From Longimicrobiales bacterium (GTDB taxonomy: Bacteria > Gemmatimonadota > Gemmatimonadetes > Longimicrobiales > Gaopeijiaceae), in assembly GCA_965202985.1 (NCBI GenBank), contig CBDBCF010000001.1:1952001-2016000 (forward strand): a DNA stretch of 64,000 nt, given 5' to 3'. Of this stretch, positions 9,298 to 18,959 are shown piece by piece; within the stretch, counting starts at the first letter, position 1; the number at the start of each line of letters is the position of its first letter. A model generated the notes under the pieces. That model did no database searches, was not told the origin of the DNA, and saw only the letters and a program-made list of their open reading frames with translations. Made by a program: the position numbers and the translations under genes.

Positions 9298-9662
9298 CCG
9301 ACGGCCCGCGCAGCCCGGCCGGCTCGCATCCCGGCATGCCGGCCGCCGACGCCCCCTGGCGCCGGACGCTGGTGCGGCTGGCCCAAGCGATCGACAACCG
9401 CCGCGAGGTGCGGCTGCTCTACGGCTCCAGCCTGAGCGTTCGCTTGGTGCTGCCCCACGCCCTGGGCGTCAGCCGGTCCGGGAACCCGGCCTTGCTGGCC
9501 TGGCAGCAAGGAGGCGGCGCGAAGGAGGCCGAGACCGGCTGGCGGCAGTTCAAGTTGGACAAGATCGCCGCCGTGGACGTGTCGGAATCGACGTTCCGCG
9601 CCCCGGCGCCGGGCTACGACCCCAAGAACCCGGGCCTGTTCGGAGTCGTCAAAGCGATCTGA
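9294..9662 (+). CDS. Stand-alone WYL-domain protein (~122 aa)
   Basis: GTGA overlap with moeB. AIDNRREVRLLY, RLVLPHALG, LLAWQ, WRQFKLDKI, GYDP match the WYL pattern. Confidence 0.78.
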   Translation: MTDGPRSPAGSHPGMPAADAPWRRTLVRLAQAIDNRREVRLLYGSSLSVRLVLPHALGVSRSGNPALLAWQQGGGAKEAETGWRQFKLDKIAAVDVSESTFRAPAPGYDPKNPGLFGVVKAI

Positions 9663-11316
9663 AGCGGGACGGGCCTCCGCGCGCCGACCGACCCCCCGTG
9701 CGCCCGGCCCCTCGGCCGCGTGAACTCCCTCGGCTGCCCCTTCCCGCCGGCGCGTCCTCCAGCACCAGCTCGAAGTCTTCCTCGTAACCGACCTTGTCCG
9801 GCGAAGGCAGGTAGCGGGACAGGTCGATCTCCGCCCCGGCCAGCTCCCGGTCGAAGGCGGCCATGTCTCGCCGGGCGGCCTCTTCGCCGGTGTCGGAGGT
9901 CGAGTACACGATGCGGCCCAGCTTCTGGTCGCCCAGAGCCAGCTCGCGGCGCACGAGTTCGGCCTCCACGAACGCCTCGCGAACCGACGGAAAGCGGTAC
10001 CGGAACCCGTCGTCGTCCGTCTTCACGTCGGCCCCGAACTCCGAGGCCAGCGCTTCGAGCTGCCGCTTCGCCGCCGCTTGGTCCGCCCCGCCCCCGCCCA
10101 GCGCGCGGCCGGTCCGGGCCACGGCGTCTCCGGCCCCGACCCAGCGCACCGTTCCCACGCTGTTGCGGCAGACCGCGCCGACCAGAAGCCGACGAGCGTT
10201 GCGCTGCCGCCTGGCCCCGTTCTCGCGGCGCAATCCCAGCGACCGCACGACCGGAACGGCGAAGAACAGCGCGCTGAACGTCACGGGCACCACGCCCAGC
10301 CCCCAGAACCACAGCGGATCGAACGGGACCGCGCTCGGCGTCTGCAGGAACGGCGCAAGTCCCAGCACGGACCCGGCAGCCAAGTTGAAGCCGTTCATGG
10401 CGCCGATGACGACGTTGGAGCCGGCGCTGTTCCCGGTCAGCTTCCTGGGGTACTCCAAGCGCAGCCACGCCGGCTTGGGTTCGCGGGCGCGCACCTTCCC
10501 GTGGGCGCTCTTCATGAGTCCCGAAAAGGCGTAGACGACCTCTCCCTTGGGCGACACCCGGGGATCGCCGCCGTACGCCCCGGTCAGGCGTCCCATCTCC
10601 TCTTCCGCCTCGTCCAGGGGCAGGGCCGTGTGCTCGACCAGCTCGGTCGCGGTGAGGACGCCGTTTCTGGCACGGATCAGCTGCAGCGTGCTCCGGTCCT
10701 TCTGCAGGCGCGTGGGGCGCGGCTCCTCGGGGCCGAAGATGAAGGCGAAGACCTTCTTGTAGAACGGGGGCTGGGCCTCCTTGGGGAGCCGGCGAGCGTG
10801 GCGGTCGCCGTAGTAGAGGCTGCCCCGCCCCCAGCCGCTTCCGCCCATCAGCCAGTGGAGCAGGAACAGGTCGCCCAGGCCGAAGCCGCCGCCGCCCCGC
10901 CGCCCGCCGAAGCCGCCCTCTCGGTCGCCCTCTCGGTTGAGCGCCATCATCGCGGCGATCGCCAGCACCACGAACGTCACGAAGTAGACCACCAGCATGA
11001 CCGCCGTCCACGCCTTGAAGCCCGTCTTGAACGCCGCCCACGCGCCGCGCTTGAAGCGGACCCACGCGCTCTCGCGATCCCGCGTCATGAGGCGCGGATC
11101 GAAGCGGTAGAGAAGGTCGCCCGAGTCCGAGACCTCCAAGTGGCCGCGGTGCGTCTCGAGCAGGCCCTTCAAGCTGGACTCGGCCTGGTGCTCGGGCATC
11201 CCCGTGGCCGAAACCACGTCGCCCAGAGTGGCTCGGCCCTCCAAGCGTCGGAGAGCGGCCAAGAGGTCCGGCGCGGGACCGGGGGCGGTTGGGGCAACTG
11301 CGACTGGGCTGGACAA
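9649..11316 (-). CDS. Conserved membrane protein resembling the plant At5g03900 / cyanobacterial uncharacterised family
   Basis: TTG start with GGGGAG upstream. RATLGDVVSATG...GHLEVSDSGDLLYRF, FAFIFGP, IRARNGVLTATEL, YGGDPRVSPKGEVVYAF, several TM segments. Confidence 0.75.
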   Translation of the reverse strand: MSSPVAVAPTAPGPAPDLLAALRRLEGRATLGDVVSATGMPEHQAESSLKGLLETHRGHLEVSDSGDLLYRFDPRLMTRDRESAWVRFKRGAWAAFKTGFKAWTAVMLVVYFVTFVVLAIAAMMALNREGDREGGFGGRRGGGGFGLGDLFLLHWLMGGSGWGRGSLYYGDRHARRLPKEAQPPFYKKVFAFIFGPEEPRPTRLQKDRSTLQLIRARNGVLTATELVEHTALPLDEAEEEMGRLTGAYGGDPRVSPKGEVVYAFSGLMKSAHGKVRAREPKPAWLRLEYPRKLTGNSAGSNVVIGAMNGFNLAAGSVLGLAPFLQTPSAVPFDPLWFWGLGVVPVTFSALFFAVPVVRSLGLRRENGARRQRNARRLLVGAVCRNSVGTVRWVGAGDAVARTGRALGGGGADQAAAKRQLEALASEFGADVKTDDDGFRYRFPSVREAFVEAELVRRELALGDQKLGRIVYSTSDTGEEAARRDMAAFDRELAGAEIDLSRYLPSPDKVGYEEDFELVLEDAPAGRGSRGSSRGRGAGRTGGRSARGGPSRFRSL

Positions 11317-11616
11317 CGGAATGGCTCCCCGAGGACGGAAGGCGCGAAAACGAGACTCCAAAGCTAAGCCCCGGCGGCGGGCGTCGCACCGGGAAGCGGC
11401 GGACCTCGGCGTTGCGGCGTCGCTCGTCGGGTGGCTGTGGTGGGTGAAAGCCGAGACCCCGGACGCGAAGGCAACGTCGCACCGTTCCGGCAACCCAAAG
11501 GCTCGGGGCCCGCAGGTCTCCGGCGCCCCGGCCCTCAAGTGATGACGAAACGATGATGGAGAAAGGACAGGCTCCTCGGCCCAGTTTCCCCACCACTCCA
11601 CGAGGAGCAAGCGCCC

Positions 11617-12471
11617 ATGTCCGACCGTCCCGTGCTCACTGCGCCTGTATCGCTGATGGGGCCGCCCTATCGCCGGCTCGTATCCGTAGAGCATCCGGAG
11701 GGTGCGCAACCGAGGGGCGGAGGATGGGTGATGGTGTGGAACTTGGGAGCGAAGGAGTGGGCGGAACGCGGCGAACTGGCCGTGGGCCGTCATGCGGGCG
11801 TGGCGCTGGCCCTGGTCCTGCCGGACGAGGACGGGCTGTCGATCACGCAAGTCCTGCGCGCGATCGAGCGGTCGCGGCCGCAGGCGGTGCTGCCCAGTCA
11901 CGAGGCGCCGCGTCCCAGCGACGTGGCTGCGGTGATCCGTCGCCCGCCGGCCTCGCTGTCCACGAGCATCGGCGAGTACATGGAGTGGCGCGGGTTCTCG
12001 CTGGACCCGATCACGAAGAGCGTCATCCGTCGCACGATCGATCTCAGCGCCCACGTCCAGACGATCTCGGCCCTTGCCAAGAACCTGTACGTGTCCAGGC
12101 GCGCTCTGGGACGACGCTTCATCAAGAACGGCTTGCCCGTGCCGTCCCACTGGCTTCACGCCGCCCGCATCCTGCGGGCCGTGATCAAGCTCCAGAACAC
12201 GGACGCCAGCCTGTTCAGCGTCGCGTGTTCGATGGGCTACGCGGACGGGTTCTCCCTGAGCAACCAGATGAGCCGCCTCTGCGGGGTTCGGCCGGCGGAC
12301 ACGCGGACCATGGTCGGATGGGAATGGCTGTTCGAGAGCTGGCTGGCCCGCGAAGCCGAGCAGGGAAACGTGTCCAGAAGCGTCGTCGGAACGCGCCCGT
12401 CGATCGCGCCACTGTCGCGGATTCTGCCAGCCGACGACGAAGAGCGCGCCCCAGCCGCTATGTCGCTCTAG
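11617..12471 (+). CDS. AraC-family HTH transcriptional regulator
   Basis: GAGGAG RBS. C-terminal ISALAKNLYVSRRALGRRF and VACSMGYADGFSLSNQMSRLCGVRP. Confidence 0.85.
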   Translation: MSDRPVLTAPVSLMGPPYRRLVSVEHPEGAQPRGGGWVMVWNLGAKEWAERGELAVGRHAGVALALVLPDEDGLSITQVLRAIERSRPQAVLPSHEAPRPSDVAAVIRRPPASLSTSIGEYMEWRGFSLDPITKSVIRRTIDLSAHVQTISALAKNLYVSRRALGRRFIKNGLPVPSHWLHAARILRAVIKLQNTDASLFSVACSMGYADGFSLSNQMSRLCGVRPADTRTMVGWEWLFESWLAREAEQGNVSRSVVGTRPSIAPLSRILPADDEERAPAAMSL

Positions 12472-12505
12472 CTCCAGCTGCCGGACGAGTCCAAGCGGGG
12501 ATCGC

Positions 12506-15500
12506 GTGTCCGAGACCGATCCTGGAGGGGAACGCTCCGGGCTGCTGCTCGAGATGTTCGGCGGACCCGTCCTCAAGCGGGGCGGCCACAAAGTCAAGCT
12601 GTCGCCGTTCCAGCTGGCACTGATGACCGTCGTCTTCGGAGAAGGCGAGGAGCGCACGCCCAAGTCGCTGGTGGAGCGGCTGCTGTGGGAGGCCGGGGGC
12701 GAGCGGGGATCGGGAGGCGACCGGGCCGTGCGGCATCGGACGAGCCAGCTGGTCTACAAGACGAACCGCCGCTGCCAAGCCAGGGTGATCGAACCCGACG
12801 GCGAGTTCCTACGGGCCCGGGCCGACATGGTGCGCTGCGACCTGGACGACTTCCGCGGGAAGGTCGGCGCCTCTCGCCTTCGCGAAGCTGCGAAGCTGCT
12901 CGAGCGAGGGTTTCTTGCGACGCTGCCTCGGCAGACCCCGCCCGCGTTGCTGGACTGGGCCGAAGAACGGAGGCTGAGCCTGCGCGCGCAGTTGCGGCAG
13001 AAGGCCCTGGCGGGATGGGAGGCTTCCGAACGGTTGCAGGAATGGACCACGGCGCGGCAGGCGGCGGAAGTGCTGCTGGGGTTGGCGCCCGCGGACGAGA
13101 CCGTACTGAGGCGGGTCATGCGGGCAAGCGCCATGGGCGGCATGGTCCGGGAAGCCGAAGCCGTGTACTACGCCTTCGCGGAGCGCGCCGAGCCCGCCGG
13201 GGGCTGGGTGCCGGATCCGGCCACGTCCGAACTGCTTGCCACGGTTCGCGCCTCGGCATCTGGGCCGGGCCGCCTGCTTGCCGCAACCATGCCGCCGGAG
13301 CTCCCCTTCGTGGGCCGCTCGGGGGAACTTGCCCGCTTGACGCGCGCCATCGGGGGCTCGGATGCGGGCCGATCTCCTGCGACGATCGTCGTGCAGGGCG
13401 TCCAAGGCATCGGCAAGACGCGGCTCGTTCGGCAGGCGCTCCGGGCGGCCCGGTTCCGCGGCTTCCAGGTTGTGCAGGCTTGCGCCACGGAGCTCGAGCG
13501 GAGCGTCCCGTTCGGCTCGCTGGCCGACGCCCTCCTGGACAAACCACGCCTGAAGCCTGTCCTGCGGCGCATAGGCGATCCGTGGAGGCAAGCCCTATTG
13601 TCGCGGCTGCCCGAATGGCACGAGGAACTTGGCCCACCCGACGACCCCGAGCCCGGCGCGGCCGAGCCTGCCGACGCCGCCCTGTGGCCCGGTGCGTGCA
13701 AGCCCGCCCAAGGCGCCACGCCATCCGGCACGACCACTCCCGACGCCGCCATGTCCTCCCGCCCGGTCCCGTCCCGACTGCTCTGCCAAGCCTTTCTCCG
13801 GTTGTTGGAGGACGCCGTCCGATCGAAGCCGCTCCTCCTGTTCCTGGACGACTTCCACTGGATCGACGCGGAATCCGTGGCCGTCGTTCACTTCGTCCGA
13901 CGTCGCTGGCGAGCCGGCGTGCTGGTGCTCGTCGTGGCCTGCCGGCCCGAGGAGCTGCGACGCAACGGTGCCGCCCGCCAGTTCGTTCTTGAGGTCGAAG
14001 CGACGGCAAGCGACGCGGTCGTCTCCCTGGGACCGATGGACTGCCCATGCGCGTTCGAGCTCGCCAAGTCCGCGGCGCACCCGTCGCTGCCGAGCGACGT
14101 GCTGCAAGAGGTTGTGGACTTGGCCGGAGGGAACCCGCTTCATCTGGCCGAAATCGCGGCACACAACGCACGGCGGGCGGTTCGACTCGGGCCTGGGCCG
14201 ATCAAGGTTCCCGAGTCCGTGCGAAGGGCGGTGTCCGGGCGGGTCGGCACGTTGGACCCCGTCGTGGCCAAGGTGGCTTCGGCGCTGGCCGTCCGCGCCG
14301 TCCCCGTTCCGCTCGAGACGCTGTCGCGGATCGCGGGCTGCAAACCGAGCGCTTGCGCGGAAGCCCTGGAACACCTGGACGAACTGGGGCTGGTCGGGTG
14401 GACCAAGCAGGGGTTCGGTCTCGTCGACGCCGTCGTTCGCCATGTGCTCTACGAGGAAATGCGGCCGGCCCGACGCGCCCTTCTCCACGCCGTGGCGGCC
14501 CAAGTCCTCGTATCAGAAGCCGGCGCGTCGGGGTCGGCCGGAGGACCGCCGCTCGACCAGGTCGCCCGTCACTATCAGCGGGCCGGCGACAAGAAGCGGG
14601 CGCGCGCCTATGCGATCGAGGCGGCCGAACAACCGGCCGCGGACGCCACGAACCTGTTGCGGCTGGCCTACGACGCCAGTCGGGGCGAGGAACGACGAGA
14701 CGTTGCGGCTCGCTTGGCGCGATCCTACTACCAAGCCCGCAACCTGAAGGCGGTCCGCAAGTTCGGGGAAGAGGCCCTCGCCGCCCGGGAGCCGCGGTCT
14801 CCAGCCCACGGCGAAGTCCGTCTGATCGTGGCCGACGCGCGCTTCCTTGCCGGCATGGACGAACCGGATGCCACTCTGGGCGAGCTGACCAAGCTTGATC
14901 ACGTGTTCTCGAAGGCAGGCGACTCCGCCATGGTCCTGCGGGTCCTCGACACGGCTCTCCACGTCATGGAGGGGGCGGACGCCAAGGGGCGGACCGACGC
15001 TCTGTTCCGACGGGTGCGCAAGCTGGCGTCGGCAAGCGACTTCGTAGTGCGGCGCGAGGCGTTGAGCCTACTGACGAGGCAGGCGGTGCACGGTTCTCCC
15101 GAAGCCGGGCTCAAATGGGGACGAGAGGCGGCGCGGCTCGCTCAGGAGCAGGGGGACGCCATGACGGTGCTCCAACGCTTGGTGCAGGCCCTGCGAGCAG
15201 CAGGTCTGCTGGCCACGGAGGAAGGGCGCGCGACCGTGGCGCAGGCTCGGTCCATGGCCGAAACCACCCGAGACGTGCACGCCCGAGGTCTGTTTCTGCA
15301 CGAACTGGCGGCCTGGCACCTGGTGGCTGGAAGTCGCGGGTCCGCAGCACGGGTGCTGGCGGAGTTTCGGACCCTGAATCAAGCCAACGACTGTCCGCGG
15401 TTGCGGCTTCTGGAACTGCTGGGACACGGAACCCTGGCCCTGGAGCAGGGTGCGCTGGCCGACGCTCGGAGCGCCTTCGCCGACGCTCGGAGCCTTCCGG

Positions 15501-15907
15501 CGGCGACGGTGGCCCGCCGACACGTCTGGCGCTTGGCTGGCCTGGAAGGCAGGAGCCTGCTGGAACTGGGCCGGTTGCGCACCGCGGCCGTCCTCGCGGA
15601 AGCCAACCCGCTGCCCGAAGCATCGCGACTGCAGGAGCCGGGCGCGCCCGCCGAACTGGTGCTCTTCCACGCCCGCCTGGCGTCGCGCAACGGAGATATG
15701 CCCGGCGCCTTGGCCATCTTGGAGCGGCATTTGGCCCTCACGGACTCGGTCGGCCCGGTCTGTTCGCTGCGCATCGCGCTGGAGTACGTTCGTCTGGCCC
15801 GTCGGAGCAACCGCCCTTACGGCGACACCGCCCAGCGGGCCCGTGCCACGGCCCGCGCACTGGGCCTGCAGGGACTGGCGCACGACTTCCTGCCGTTCGT
15901 GAAATGA
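12506..15907 (+). CDS. Large SARP/BTAD + AAA (STAND-like) regulator with TPR-like C-terminus
   Basis: N-terminal LEMFGGPVL and BTAD-like helices, PFVGRSGEL, Walker A GVQGIGKT, Walker B LFLDDFHWID, AGGNPLHL. Confidence 0.82.
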   Translation: MSETDPGGERSGLLLEMFGGPVLKRGGHKVKLSPFQLALMTVVFGEGEERTPKSLVERLLWEAGGERGSGGDRAVRHRTSQLVYKTNRRCQARVIEPDGEFLRARADMVRCDLDDFRGKVGASRLREAAKLLERGFLATLPRQTPPALLDWAEERRLSLRAQLRQKALAGWEASERLQEWTTARQAAEVLLGLAPADETVLRRVMRASAMGGMVREAEAVYYAFAERAEPAGGWVPDPATSELLATVRASASGPGRLLAATMPPELPFVGRSGELARLTRAIGGSDAGRSPATIVVQGVQGIGKTRLVRQALRAARFRGFQVVQACATELERSVPFGSLADALLDKPRLKPVLRRIGDPWRQALLSRLPEWHEELGPPDDPEPGAAEPADAALWPGACKPAQGATPSGTTTPDAAMSSRPVPSRLLCQAFLRLLEDAVRSKPLLLFLDDFHWIDAESVAVVHFVRRRWRAGVLVLVVACRPEELRRNGAARQFVLEVEATASDAVVSLGPMDCPCAFELAKSAAHPSLPSDVLQEVVDLAGGNPLHLAEIAAHNARRAVRLGPGPIKVPESVRRAVSGRVGTLDPVVAKVASALAVRAVPVPLETLSRIAGCKPSACAEALEHLDELGLVGWTKQGFGLVDAVVRHVLYEEMRPARRALLHAVAAQVLVSEAGASGSAGGPPLDQVARHYQRAGDKKRARAYAIEAAEQPAADATNLLRLAYDASRGEERRDVAARLARSYYQARNLKAVRKFGEEALAAREPRSPAHGEVRLIVADARFLAGMDEPDATLGELTKLDHVFSKAGDSAMVLRVLDTALHVMEGADAKGRTDALFRRVRKLASASDFVVRREALSLLTRQAVHGSPEAGLKWGREAARLAQEQGDAMTVLQRLVQALRAAGLLATEEGRATVAQARSMAETTRDVHARGLFLHELAAWHLVAGSRGSAARVLAEFRTLNQANDCPRLRLLELLGHGTLALEQGALADARSAFADARSLPAATVARRHVWRLAGLEGRSLLELGRLRTAAVLAEANPLPEASRLQEPGAPAELVLFHARLASRNGDMPGALAILERHLALTDSVGPVCSLRIALEYVRLARRSNRPYGDTAQRARATARALGLQGLAHDFLPFVK

Positions 15908-15971
15908 CCTGCCGTTCGCGACCGGTCCCGACGGGCCGTGGTCCACGCTTGCCGAAGGGCGTAGATTCACG

Positions 15972-16244
15972 GTGATGACGAACGTCGAAGGAGAGGCTCG
16001 GCGGGCCGTGGGGCGGTTGCGTCGGTCGCTGGAAAAGGCCCGGCGGGAGCTTGGCGTCCTGCGGGCCGCCCTCGAGCGCGCGGAGGGCGGCGACTTCCCG
16101 GGCGGCGACTACGAGGACGCGGGCCGGCGGTTGGACGCCGTGGGCGACTGGCTGAACCAAGAAGAGGCGCGCCTTCGGGCCAAGGTGTTGCAGGCGGGCG
16201 GACTGGAACCGGGGCGGGTGCGGCGTTCGTCCATGAGCCGCTAA
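15972..16244 (+). CDS. Small helical hypothetical protein
   Basis: 90-aa ORF with host-like codon use filling the gap between two plus-strand genes. Confidence 0.65.
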   Translation: MMTNVEGEARRAVGRLRRSLEKARRELGVLRAALERAEGGDFPGGDYEDAGRRLDAVGDWLNQEEARLRAKVLQAGGLEPGRVRRSSMSR

Positions 16245-16255
16245 GCGACGCGCCG

Positions 16256-17980
16256 ATGAGGAGGCGCGAGTTCGTGGCCCGCGGGGCGGCGGGGCTGGCA
16301 GGCGCGGCCGCGATCGGAGGCGTTCCCGCCTGCTTGGGCGAGTCGTCCGACGGGTTGGACGGTGCCCAAGCGAACTTGGTGATCCGGGGCGGCACGATCT
16401 ACGACGGCGCCGGCGGCCCGCCCAAGAGCGGGGACGTGGCCGTTGCGGGGGATCGCATCTCGGCGGTGGGGAGCGTGTCGGCCCGGGGGGCCGCCGAGAT
16501 CGACGCCCGCGACATGGCGGTGGCGCCGGGGTTCATCGACATCCACTCCCACGCCGACCTGTCTCTGCTGGTGAACCCCCTGGCCGAGAGCCGCATCAGG
16601 CAGGGCGTGACGCTGGAGATCGTCGGCCAAGACGGCAGCTCGGTCGGCCCCTGGAGCGACGCCGTCTTCGAGTCCACGCGGGACCGCTACCGCCGGAGCT
16701 ACGGCGTCGAAATCGGCTTCCGCGATGTCGGCGGCTTCCTCGACCGCATCAACCAGGAGCGCCCGGCAGTGAGCGTGGCCACCATGGTCGGCCACGGCAC
16801 GATCCGCGGGCGGGTCGTGGGCGGCGCCGACCGGCCCGCCTCGTCGGCCGAGCTAGAGCGCATGCGCGCCCTGCTGCGCGAGGCCTTGTCGCAGGGGGCC
16901 GTCGGCCTGTCCTCGGGGCTGGAGTACGTCCCGGGCAGCTTCGCGGGCGTTGAAGAGCTGGCGTTCCTGGCCGCCGAGCTGCGCGGCACGCCCTATCCCT
17001 ACGCTTCCCATGTGCGCAACGAGGACGACCGCCTGCTGGCCGCGCTGGAAGAGGCCCTCCATGTGGGTCGGACGGCCGGCGTGCCCGTGCAGGTCTCCCA
17101 CCTGAAGGCTCAGGGCGAACGCAACCACTGGAAGGCCGACGCGGCACTGGCCGCCATCGAGGCCGCGCGTCGGGACAGGGTGGATGTGCACTTCGACCGC
17201 TATCCCTACGTGGCCTACGCGACCGGCCTGTCCAACCTGTTCCCCGCGTGGGGCAGGGCCGGCGGTTCGGCGCGCCTCTTGAAGCGGCTCGCGGACCCGG
17301 AGGACGGGCCCGCACTGGAGCGCGCCTGTCGGGACAAAGTGGCGTTGCTGGGCTCCTGGGACGCCGTCCAGGTCACGCGAACCGGCGGCGCCGACGCCCG
17401 CGCCAAGGGGCGTCGCCTGGGCGAACTGGCCCAGCAGCTGGGCGAGGAACCCTACGCGCTGGCAGTTCGGCTGCTGCGGGAGGCCGGCGGCAGCGTGGGA
17501 ATGATCGGCTTCGGCATGTCCGAGGAGAACACGGAGCGCATCTTGTCGCACCCCTTGGGAATGCTTTGCTCCGACGGCGGTGCGTACGCGCCCTACGGTC
17601 CCTTGTCGGGTTCGACGCCGCATCCACGCGGCTACGGCAGCTTCCCCCGCCTGCTGGGGCACTACGTTCGGGAACGCAGGGCCATGCCGTTGGAGACTGC
17701 GGTTCACAAGGCGACCGGCCTTCCCGCGGCCAAGCTGGGCCTTGCGGATCGCGGCGTGCTGGCCGTCGGCGCCGTCGCGGACCTGGTGGTTTTCGACCCG
17801 GATCAGGTAGCGGACCAAGCCACTTTCGAGGCTCCCCACCAGTACCCAACGGGGATGCTCCATGTGGTCGCGCGCGGCGTGCACACGATCCGCGACGGCG
17901 AGCAGACTGGGGAGCGCGGGGGACGAGCAGTGCGGGGCGCGCGCTACGCGCATCGGACCCAAGGCGGTGCCAAGCCGTAA
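16256..17980 (+). CDS. N-acyl-D-amino-acid deacylase (amidohydrolase) with Tat-like leader
   Basis: MRRREFV leader, APGFIDIHSHAD, SSGLEYVPG, SHVRNE, SHLK, SDGG, PHPRGYGSFPR, ADLVVFDP. Confidence 0.92.
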   Translation: MRRREFVARGAAGLAGAAAIGGVPACLGESSDGLDGAQANLVIRGGTIYDGAGGPPKSGDVAVAGDRISAVGSVSARGAAEIDARDMAVAPGFIDIHSHADLSLLVNPLAESRIRQGVTLEIVGQDGSSVGPWSDAVFESTRDRYRRSYGVEIGFRDVGGFLDRINQERPAVSVATMVGHGTIRGRVVGGADRPASSAELERMRALLREALSQGAVGLSSGLEYVPGSFAGVEELAFLAAELRGTPYPYASHVRNEDDRLLAALEEALHVGRTAGVPVQVSHLKAQGERNHWKADAALAAIEAARRDRVDVHFDRYPYVAYATGLSNLFPAWGRAGGSARLLKRLADPEDGPALERACRDKVALLGSWDAVQVTRTGGADARAKGRRLGELAQQLGEEPYALAVRLLREAGGSVGMIGFGMSEENTERILSHPLGMLCSDGGAYAPYGPLSGSTPHPRGYGSFPRLLGHYVRERRAMPLETAVHKATGLPAAKLGLADRGVLAVGAVADLVVFDPDQVADQATFEAPHQYPTGMLHVVARGVHTIRDGEQTGERGGRAVRGARYAHRTQGGAKP

Positions 17981-18113
17981 CTCGCTGGTCGGGCAAGGCG
18001 GCGGAGGGGGCTCGGCTGGCCGCCACCTGTCTGCTTGCTTCGGCATCGCCTGGCGACGTAGCGGTTCGGGCGGGCCGGAGCTCCAGCGGGCGACGGCGTT
18101 TTCGCGGTCGCCG

Positions 18114-18153
18114 AAAGACGGGCCGATCCAGCTATGGAAGCGCCCAATTTTCG
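18114..18153 (+). promoter_or_regulatory. Conserved 40-nt motif upstream of rpn remnant (copy 1)
   Basis: AAAGACGGGCCGATCCAGCTATGGAAGCGCCCAATTTTCG is 34/40 identical to the reverse complement of 55027-55066. Confidence 0.7.
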
Positions 18154-18271
18154 TCCCATCTTGCTCCGTATCCGGGACTCGCCCGGTCCTCGCAGGCCGA
18201 GCAGTCATCGTTCGCCCGCGACCCGCCCGCGAGATCCGCCAACTCCCCCGCGCCAACGGAGACCGCAACCC

Positions 18272-18891
18272 ATGACGGAGCGCCCCAAGCGCCCCCGCAG
18301 GCATGACGAGGTCCTCAAGTCGTTCTTCGCCCACCCCCTCGCCGCCCGGTCGCTCGTCCGCGACTTCATGGCCCGCGGCTGGCACCGCGAACTTGACCTC
18401 GACTCGATCCGCGAACTGCCCACCGAGCACGTCTCCCCCGGACCCAAGCTCCGGCGCGGAACCTGGGTCGCGTGACCGAGGCGCTGGCTGCGCGCTACGG
18501 CGGTCTGGAGCACGCGGGCGTGCGTGAGGGCTACGCGATGTGGGCGGAAGAGGCGGCGCGGGCGATGGGCGTGGCGCGGGCGACGAGAGAGCGGATCGTG
18601 GAGCGGATCAGACACCCAAGGGAGGGATGCGGCATGTCCTGGCAGGCGGCGGAAGCAGCGGAGGAGCTCCGGCGAGAAGGCCGAGAGCAGGGGCTGGAAC
18701 AGGGGTTGGCCGAGAAGCGGGCGCTGGTGGTTCGGCTGGCGGCGCGGCGGTTCGGGTCGGGGACGGCGGAGCGGCTGCGTCGCATCTTGGCGGCGTCGGG
18801 TTCGGAGTTGGTGGACGAGGCGGCGGACGCCGTGGTGGACTGCGACACGGGCGACAAGCTGCTGGCGCGGACCGCGAACGGCCGCGGCTAA
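18272..18891 (+). pseudogene. Rpn/YhgA-like (PD-(D/E)XK putative transposase) gene with central deletion; RpnS-like C-terminal ORF 18634..18891 intact
   Basis: N-terminus HDEVLKSFFAHPLAARSLVRDF...LDLDSIRELPTEHV. C-terminus in another frame: REGREQGLEQG...LAARRFG...[11 protein letters not shown]. The nuclease core is missing. Confidence 0.82.
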
Positions 18892-18959
18892 CTGCGCTTG
18901 GAGCTGCGGCCGGACGAGAAGGCCGTCGGTGCGTGTCCGCGATGCCCCTGGGGTTTGCG

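Noticed and set aside
11330..11610. Possible riboswitch or ncRNA in the long intergenic region
   Set aside because: GC-rich hairpins are possible, but I could not match a known riboswitch consensus; an Infernal/Rfam scan is needed.
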